Positions 58,238-64,000 of a stretch of 64,000 nt of DNA are shown here, one piece after another. Positions within the stretch are counted from its first letter, which is position 1. The number at the start of each line of letters is the position of its first letter. The stretch comes from an uncultured Gammaproteobacteria bacterium (GTDB taxonomy: Bacteria > Patescibacteriota > Patescibacteriia > UBA9570 > XYC2-FULL-38-9): NCBI GenBank assembly GCA_964344485.1, contig CAYFNF010000004.1, positions 66,069 through 130,068 of the forward strand. Reading direction: 5' to 3'. The position numbers were made by a program, and so were the translations under genes. The notes beneath the pieces are model-generated. The model made no database searches and had not been told where the DNA came from. It saw nothing but the letters and a program-made list of their open reading frames with translations.

Positions 58238-59875
58238 ATGGCTTTTTTCAGAAAAACCGGTATGATATATGAGGTATCGAAGTCTGCATACATGAATATT
58301 CTAACGCGAACATCACACATACACGTTGCCTGCATGATGCTTCTCTCAATAGCATGTTTTTTTATTGGGCCATTCGTTCAGCGCGCAGAAGCGCACCCAC
58401 TCGATATCACGTTTACCTATTTAAACGTAGATTCTGAGACACAAGCTATTTCAGGTACTACCAACCTGCACGCGTTCGAAGTCGGCATGCTCCTGGAGAA
58501 CAACGGTATTGAATATGAAAGCATAAGTGATGCGTACCTATCGGGTTGGTTGTTCATCGATTACATCATGGAGACTATATATGTGCAGAATAATGGAGAG
58601 GCGTGTCATTTTAAGACGGCAAACGTCTTTGAACAGGACGAGATTACGATTATGGCTGAGGGGTTTGAGATCCAGTATACGATGGAATGCGCTCAGGATT
58701 TAGATATTGTCTATTTTTCCAATACCATGTTCACGGAGCTGGAGCTACAGACCAATCAGATGTACTTTGTGGTGGATGGTAATCTAGAGGAGCCTCGATA
58801 TAAGAAAATTCTGACCAGCAAAGTAACCTCTGATGCATTTGACTTTCAAGATCCAGAGAGAACACTGCAGTATCAAAATGACGCAGACGATGACGGACTT
58901 ACTGACGAAGAAGAAGAGGCCTATGGAACGAACCCTCACCTTCCGGATACGGACTTTGACGGATATGCAGACTTGGATGAAATAGAACAAGGGTGGTATC
59001 CACTGGATCCAGAAGCAGCAGTTGAGCTCATGCAAGGCGAACGCGTCCCGTTAAAAGAAGCGCAGGAGAAGCAGCAGGAATATCAGGAGTATCAAGAGCA
59101 GCAAGAAGGAGTGATCTTCTCTTCTGAAAATATCGCAGGAGGTGGTTTTATTAAAAATACGAATGCATTCAGAACCGGGAAGCTAAAACGATATCTAGGA
59201 AAGATTAGCGAGCTCTTTGATGAAGGATCGGCTCTATCGATTCTATTCATCTTGTTGATAGCATTCGTCCTGGGAGTACTACATTCTGTAACTGCTGATC
59301 ATGGCAAGAGCATTCTCGCTTCTTATTTGATTGAGCAGGACAAGAAGATGAAAGATGTGCTGGTATTTGCCACTTCATTGACCGCAACGCATTTATTGGA
59401 TGTGGTGGTTCTGGGCATTGCGTTTAAGCTATTCTCTCTAGTGAGCGATATCTACAAGTATATCAACACTATTCAGACCGTTGGTGCATTTGTGCTTCTT
59501 GGGATTGCGGTGTTCTACTTATTGCGCAACATGTTCCCAAAGAAGATCAAGATTGGAGTAAAGAGAAAAGGCCCGATCCTTGGTGTTATCGCTGGACTTG
59601 CACCGTGTACCATCGGTTGGTCTGTGATGATTGCTATTATTAGCTTAGGCAAAATCAATTGGATCGTGCCGATTATACTCGTATTTGGTTTAGGGATCTT
59701 TACTACGTTAGTAGTGTTTGGATTTGTGGTATTGAAGGTAAAAGAAAAGATCATCAACAAAAGGAAGAATATCGCGCGCACAGCATCTATTATCTCAGCG
59801 CTATTACTACTTGTGGTGTCTATTTATTTGGTATTAGCAGCATTGGGTATTATTGTACGTAGTCCAATAGTGTAG
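58238..59875 (+). CDS. Fusion protein: an N-terminal secreted domain with an acidic Ca-binding-like D-rich segment, fused to a C-terminal multi-TM NicO/RcnA-like metal-efflux domain.
   Basis: LHSVTADHGKSILASYL matches the H..(E/T)(P/A)(G/D)HGK signature of NicO/RcnA recalled from memory. Five to six hydrophobic helices at the C-terminus. Confidence 0.4.
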   Translation: MAFFRKTGMIYEVSKSAYMNILTRTSHIHVACMMLLSIACFFIGPFVQRAEAHPLDITFTYLNVDSETQAISGTTNLHAFEVGMLLENNGIEYESISDAYLSGWLFIDYIMETIYVQNNGEACHFKTANVFEQDEITIMAEGFEIQYTMECAQDLDIVYFSNTMFTELELQTNQMYFVVDGNLEEPRYKKILTSKVTSDAFDFQDPERTLQYQNDADDDGLTDEEEEAYGTNPHLPDTDFDGYADLDEIEQGWYPLDPEAAVELMQGERVPLKEAQEKQQEYQEYQEQQEGVIFSSENIAGGGFIKNTNAFRTGKLKRYLGKISELFDEGSALSILFILLIAFVLGVLHSVTADHGKSILASYLIEQDKKMKDVLVFATSLTATHLLDVVVLGIAFKLFSLVSDIYKYINTIQTVGAFVLLGIAVFYLLRNMFPKKIKIGVKRKGPILGVIAGLAPCTIGWSVMIAIISLGKINWIVPIILVFGLGIFTTLVVFGFVVLKVKEKIINKRKNIARTASIISALLLLVVSIYLVLAALGIIVRSPIV

Positions 59876-59897
59876 ACGTGTAGCAGCATAAAAGGCC

Positions 59898-59926
59898 TTG
59901 ACAAAAGGCGTTTTTTCATATATAAA
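59898..59926 (+). promoter_or_regulatory. Sigma70-type promoter TTGACA-17 nt-TATAAA at the edge of GC-rich island H.
   Basis: Read directly. Confidence 0.5.
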
Positions 59927-59969
59927 ACTCGAGCCACTCACACGGGTCCAAGGAAGGATTGGAGGTATC

Positions 59970-60233
59970 ATGAGCGCTGTGTTCGTGATGTGGGGTGGAC
60001 GGAATTATCTGTGGTGTGCCAGCAAGGAGGTCTTGGTCCACGCGGCCAAGCATCCCATGGATCACCACGGACCAGGACTGCTGGAGGCGCTGCGCGATCA
60101 GAGCGCGGACATTCGGATCCCCACGGATCCGACGCTGCTCATCACGCGCGAGTACGCCATGGTCCGTGAGAAGGCCAGGCAGTGCCCGGAGGCGCCGGAA
60201 GAAGTCCTGGAGTGGATTCGCGACAACCTGTAG
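59970..60233 (+). CDS. Hypothetical small protein of GC-rich island H (MSAVFVMWGGRNYLWCASKEVLVHAAKHPMDHHGPG...).
   Basis: GGAGG SD 4 to 5 nt upstream of the ATG at 59970. The track ORF 59898..60233 is trimmed. Confidence 0.4.
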   Translation: MSAVFVMWGGRNYLWCASKEVLVHAAKHPMDHHGPGLLEALRDQSADIRIPTDPTLLITREYAMVREKARQCPEAPEEVLEWIRDNL

Positions 60234-60552
60234 CACGGAGGGAAGCCTATTTCCACAACCCGGCAAGTAGACGGTCGTGTCCTGACCTCGTTCCTCTGTC
60301 CAGTACCGCTCATCTCGAGCATCGGAGTCGGCCACTCAACGGTCGATGTCCCGAGCGTTCGGGTGCGACTGGACGACGGAGAGGAAGTCACCGTGGCGTC
60401 ACCACCGATATCAGAAGGAACCCGGGTCCGCGTGACCCTGCGCCTGGATCGCATCTGGTTCATCATCTGGTTCTGCTGGTGGCACCCTGAGAAGGTCGAC
60501 GTCCTGTAGGACAACGTCCGCGACGCACACGCGTCAACTTTTTTTACTTAAA

Positions 60553-60577
60553 AACCCCGGTGAAGTACCGGGGCTTT
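60553..60577. terminator. Hairpin CCCCGGT-gaagt-ACCGGGG, with A-run and T-run on either side (bidirectional).
   Basis: Read directly. Confidence 0.55.
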
Positions 60578-60579
60578 CA

Positions 60580-61023
60580 TTAGTCAGAGCGGGAGAACGG
60601 TCCGTACAGACCCGGGCCTTCAGCGCTAGTAAATGTAAAGATGTAATACAAGTCACCGCACACGTATGCTGACCTGGTGTCACCAACTCCAGTGACGTTC
60701 TGTTCAGGAATTTGATAGTAATAGACTGAGTGGAATTCTCCAGTATCGCCTGATGCACACTCAATAGAATTATCATGCCAGTTGACTTTTATATTCATGT
60801 CATCAAACTCACCGAATGGTCCAAAGGTGTACAGCTTCTCTTGTGGCAGTTTTTGTAAGGGGTGAGTATACGAAATACCTGAAGGAAGATTTTCATTAAA
60901 GACATACCCCGCTGGAGTGAATGGGTTGTATACTTCGCGTACAAATACGTACGCGCCAATGCTAGCAACAATGAGTACCACCACGGCTATAATGAGAACG
61001 ATGTTTATTTTTTTCCCTTTCAT
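60580..61023 (-). CDS. Small secreted or membrane-anchored protein.
   Basis: N-terminal MKGKKINIVLIIAVVVLIVASIGAYVF. Confidence 0.45.
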   Translation of the reverse strand: MKGKKINIVLIIAVVVLIVASIGAYVFVREVYNPFTPAGYVFNENLPSGISYTHPLQKLPQEKLYTFGPFGEFDDMNIKVNWHDNSIECASGDTGEFHSVYYYQIPEQNVTGVGDTRSAYVCGDLYYIFTFTSAEGPGLYGPFSRSD

Positions 61024-61035
61024 ATATACATGATA

Positions 61036-61902
61036 TTAATAAGTGAATTCGTTGTTATACCGCCATTCTTTTGTTGAATTATCAACTGGATATTCAATAC
61101 TATTATCAGAAACAGTCGGTGATGCTCCTTCCTCAGTGTATATCCCATTTCCACAATATTGTATCACATTTCCACTAATCGTCCCGCCTCCGCTCATAAT
61201 TACAATACCAGTGTTGGAGTGGTAGATATAGTTACCAATAATAGTTGGGCTTCCTCCTTGTGAGTCTATCCCTTCATGTCCGCTTTCATAGATTTCGTTG
61301 TTTAACACTTGCGCAGAGCTGTATCCAGTAGAGACCGCTGACCAGAAATTACTGTGCATACTGTTATTCTGAATAATCACGTGATCTCCAGGTATGCTCG
61401 TAGGAGTGAGACCATTGCGAGAGTAATCTACTATTGCATACTCCACAATACTTTCTGGTCCATGAATATAAACCGCTTCCCAGTCTGCAGTTGTTGGTGT
61501 TTCTGCTGCGGACGTGAATGTAATAGGCTGTTCCTTGGTTCCGCGTGCAGTCAAGTTTCCACCGATTTCTAGAGATGAATGTGATGTCGCATATGATTCT
61601 AACCGAGTAGGGTCATCATTATTAAACCCATCAGCCATTATTTCAGTTCCGCGCGCTCGATCATCTTGCACTAAGAATTTGATAGTCGTACCCGGTCGGA
61701 TAGTGAGTGCCTGACGTATATAGACATCTCCTGTAATAGTAATCTCCCCGTTCCAGATCTGATCACGATAGTAATTTCCAGAAAGTGAGGTGTCTGAAAC
61801 TACTTTTGGACTGAGGTATACTGCTACAGCAAGAATCAGCAATACCGCTCCAGGCGAAACAATGAATAGTAGTATCTTTCTTCCAACGTGTTCAATCTTC
61901 AT
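61036..61902 (-). CDS. Secreted parallel beta-helix (pectate-lyase-fold) protein.
   Basis: Tandem PbH1-like turns NNSMHSN / GNYIYHSNTGIVI / GNVIQYCGNGIY. Signal/TM region MKIEHVGRKILLFIVSPGAVLLILAVAV. Confidence 0.55.
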   Translation of the reverse strand: MKIEHVGRKILLFIVSPGAVLLILAVAVYLSPKVVSDTSLSGNYYRDQIWNGEITITGDVYIRQALTIRPGTTIKFLVQDDRARGTEIMADGFNNDDPTRLESYATSHSSLEIGGNLTARGTKEQPITFTSAAETPTTADWEAVYIHGPESIVEYAIVDYSRNGLTPTSIPGDHVIIQNNSMHSNFWSAVSTGYSSAQVLNNEIYESGHEGIDSQGGSPTIIGNYIYHSNTGIVIMSGGGTISGNVIQYCGNGIYTEEGASPTVSDNSIEYPVDNSTKEWRYNNEFTY

Positions 61903-62417
61903 ATGTGTTTTTCAGTAGTAAACGATAGTACACGGATTTTTTTATCTATTCCCGGGCGAATTCCGGCTTTCTGGCATGCTGTTTTAAATTGTTGCTCTGG
62001 AGTAGCAATGCCTTCTAAACCTGGCAAAAGCAGGCCGCTTCTACCATCTTGGGCTCGTACAACTATACCTTGTGTTTCCGGATCAACAGAGGTTAAATCT
62101 TTCACTGGCGTGAGAGGGTGGAGGATGCTGACTTCGTATTGTATATGCGGTAGCTCTTCTTTGGTAACAGGTTGAAAGCGAAAATCACGAGCTACTGCGG
62201 AGATCGCATTTGAGATGATTTCATTTGCAACAGAAACCTTGCTTGAGGCAACCGTACCGATGCAACCGCGCAGCTCACCATTCAGCTTCACAGTAACAAA
62301 CACCCCGGCGTGTTCTTGTGTTAATTCATCCGGTAGGTCATCTGGCACCTCTAAGGTCGTATTGTTCTTTACATACTCCTCTGCAGCTTGTTTTGCTAAT
62401 TGTACGTATGGATCCAT
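61899..62417 (-). CDS. AMMECR1-domain protein.
   Basis: ELRGCIGTV motif. Confidence 0.8.
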   Translation of the reverse strand: MDPYVQLAKQAAEEYVKNNTTLEVPDDLPDELTQEHAGVFVTVKLNGELRGCIGTVASSKVSVANEIISNAISAVARDFRFQPVTKEELPHIQYEVSILHPLTPVKDLTSVDPETQGIVVRAQDGRSGLLLPGLEGIATPEQQFKTACQKAGIRPGIDKKIRVLSFTTEKHI

Positions 62418-62419
62418 AG

Positions 62420-63199
62420 TTATAGTAATCGCGCCGTACAGTACCCTACACCGAACGGTCCTTCATAATGATATATATTACATTCCCACGCTTCTTGTTG
62501 CAATGTACCAAGTAAGATGGCGAATGAACGCAAGCCGCACTCCCCAGCGTGCTCGATCAATTCATGGTCAAGCTGCAAGATGTCATTCACGCGTTTCTCT
62601 TGAAGTAGCTGTAGTAGCATCTCGTCGAACTCTTTCCCTTTTGGTGAGAAACCAGCTGGGGCCGATGGGATTAAGCGATGCGATAGATCTCCACTGGCAA
62701 TGAGCGCGATCTTTTTTTGTGTCTTCTGGCAGACGGATCCGATCAGCGCTCCATACGCAAGATGTTCTTCAAGACTAAGCATGGAGAAAGAACAGTGTAC
62801 AACGTTGGGTGAAATATCTTGCAGAAGATAATAGAGAGGGACAAGCGTACCGTGATCCAGTGTTGCATCATGCACGTCTATAGGAATTTGCTCCTCTTGT
62901 GCGTGTTTGATGATGTCGTTCACTATCTCTAAATCATTCGTGTACTGAAATGCTCTATCAAATCCGAACTGCCCTAAATCGCCGGTGAGTGTTTCAGCAT
63001 GATTTAGCTGAAAGGATCCAGCAGAGAGCGGAGCATGTGGAGAGATAATAAGAACAGTATCTGGCTGTGCTTCAGTCAGCTCTTGACCAAGGCGCTGCAT
63101 GGCAGCAATAGTGTTCTTTACCTGTTCAATATCTTCCTGCTGACCGATCTCAGGGAGAATGATCGGTGGGTGCGGAGTGATAGATGCGAAAGTGATCAT
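62420..63199 (-). CDS. Memo-like protein (AmmeMemoRadiSam system protein B family).
   Basis: N-terminal MITFASITPHPPIILPEIG ... ISPHAP. Confidence 0.65.
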   Translation of the reverse strand: MITFASITPHPPIILPEIGQQEDIEQVKNTIAAMQRLGQELTEAQPDTVLIISPHAPLSAGSFQLNHAETLTGDLGQFGFDRAFQYTNDLEIVNDIIKHAQEEQIPIDVHDATLDHGTLVPLYYLLQDISPNVVHCSFSMLSLEEHLAYGALIGSVCQKTQKKIALIASGDLSHRLIPSAPAGFSPKGKEFDEMLLQLLQEKRVNDILQLDHELIEHAGECGLRSFAILLGTLQQEAWECNIYHYEGPFGVGYCTARLL

Positions 63200-63714
63200 G
63201 CCTTGAGTTGTTGAATGATGGCTTCCGCGAATGCTTCTGCAGCATCCGGACCATTTGCTGTAATTATTGCTCCATCTTGTACAACTGGCTGGTCTTGGAA
63301 ACGCGCACCATTGTTTTCAAGAACCGCAGATTGTTCTCCGTCACCGTTCCATACCGTTGCTGCCTTATCTTGCAATGCGCCTGCATATGCAAGAATGGTT
63401 GGCGCTATACAGATTGCAGCTAAGATTTTCTCTGCTTCTAAGGAATCTGAAATAATACGGTGTGCACCTGTATCTTGCTGATATTCGACCGCGCCTGGTC
63501 CTCCGACAAATACTATTGCATCGTAATCTTGTATGTTTACGTCTTGAAGCGCCACAGTGGCTTGTGTAATGCCGCCCAGCTTGCCTGAACACTGCCCTGT
63601 TTGTGCGCTTGCTGTGGTCACAGTATATCCCGCGTCTTCCAGCATTGTTTTAGGAGTGCCGTATTCAATATCCTGGTACCCACGCACCGCGACGATAAAT
63701 AATACATGTTTCAT
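63196..63714 (-). CDS. DJ-1/PfpI-family protein.
   Basis: DYDAIVFVGGPGA and AICIAP (nucleophile-elbow Cys) motifs. Confidence 0.8.
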   Translation of the reverse strand: MKHVLFIVAVRGYQDIEYGTPKTMLEDAGYTVTTASAQTGQCSGKLGGITQATVALQDVNIQDYDAIVFVGGPGAVEYQQDTGAHRIISDSLEAEKILAAICIAPTILAYAGALQDKAATVWNGDGEQSAVLENNGARFQDQPVVQDGAIITANGPDAAEAFAEAIIQQLKA

Positions 63715-63724
63715 ATGTATATTG

Positions 63725-64000
63725 TTACTTATTATTCCAAAGACCTAGTAATTGTTCCCCACATGCACACGTACCGCCTGTATCAAAACGCTCTATGTGG
63801 TATCCGATGCGTTGCACTACGACCTCTCCACACGCAGGGCAGTATGTGTGCTCCCACTCTGATCCGTGTACATTTCCGGCAAATACATGCTGCAAGCCAG
63901 CATTCTTTCCGATATAATATGCACGCTCAATGGTTTCAATCGGTGTTTCAGGAAGGCTTTGCAGCTTCCAGGAGATGGCTCCGGAGAACACAGAGATATG
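63725..64000 (-). CDS. C-terminal part of a radical-SAM enzyme (AmmeMemoRadiSam system radical SAM protein-like). The N-terminus lies beyond the window edge.
   Basis: C-terminus ...HTYCPACGEVVVQRIGYHIERFDTGGTCACGEQL. The ORF is open to the window end. Confidence 0.45.
   Translation of the reverse strand, partial: HISVFSGAISWKLQSLPETPIETIERAYYIGKNAGLQHVFAGNVHGSEWEHTYCPACGEVVVQRIGYHIERFDTGGTCACGEQLLGLWNNK

Noticed and set aside
60182-60490. Track ORF 60182..60490(+), 102 aa.
   Set aside because: It is an Arg/Pro/Gly-rich frame in GC-rich DNA. A different frame (60363..60509) gives a protein-like sequence, but that frame is itself of low confidence.
1-64000. CRISPR arrays, rRNA genes and IS/transposase/integrase genes.
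   Set aside because: No regularly spaced short direct repeats, no rRNA-like conserved blocks, and no ORF with recombinase or transposase motifs were seen. The direct repeats found are two-copy and tRNA-associated.

Overview
The window is a 64 kb low-GC bacterial chromosome segment, roughly 40% GC by eye, dense with housekeeping genes. Backbone content:
- Identifiable genes include rbfA, infB, nusA, tig, a membrane H+-pyrophosphatase, trxA, a glutamate dehydrogenase, an ATP-type PEP carboxykinase, a class-I aminotransferase, rnhB and a YraN-family protein.
- Also present are endonuclease IV, an inositol monophosphatase, thyA and folA, and a Nif3-family protein.
- An AMMECR1/Memo/radical-SAM operon with an embedded DJ-1/PfpI gene runs into the right window edge.
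- There are nine tRNA genes and many large secreted or surface proteins built from beta-helix, FN3-like and Ig-like modules.

My inference is a small-genome, possibly CPR-like lineage. The evidence is the scarcity of Shine-Dalgarno (SD) sequences on backbone genes, Glu/Lys-rich low-complexity inserts in NusA and IF-2, and the abundance of surface proteins.

The most striking pattern is that the backbone is interrupted by at least eight short, visibly GC-rich islands (roughly 60% GC or more by eye). Each carries one to three genes with canonical GGAGG-type SD sequences, and two carry consensus TTGACA-17 sigma70-type promoters. One island encodes a roughly 600 aa protein with a C-terminal class III nucleotide cyclase domain.

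Other notable structure, listed briefly:
- A roughly 210 bp direct repeat duplicating tRNA-Val and its flanks around an inserted PaaK/CapK-like adenylate-forming enzyme gene.
- A cassette bounded by two identical 18 bp perfect palindromes, containing tRNA-Ala(GGC), a small protein, and a 35 aa cysteine-rich peptide with its own consensus promoter and terminator.
- A duplicated 23 nt 3' fragment of tRNA-Cys.
- Two paralogous secreted proteins that share an extremely lysine-rich FN3-like C-terminal domain.

No CRISPR array, rRNA, or recognizable transposase or integrase was seen.
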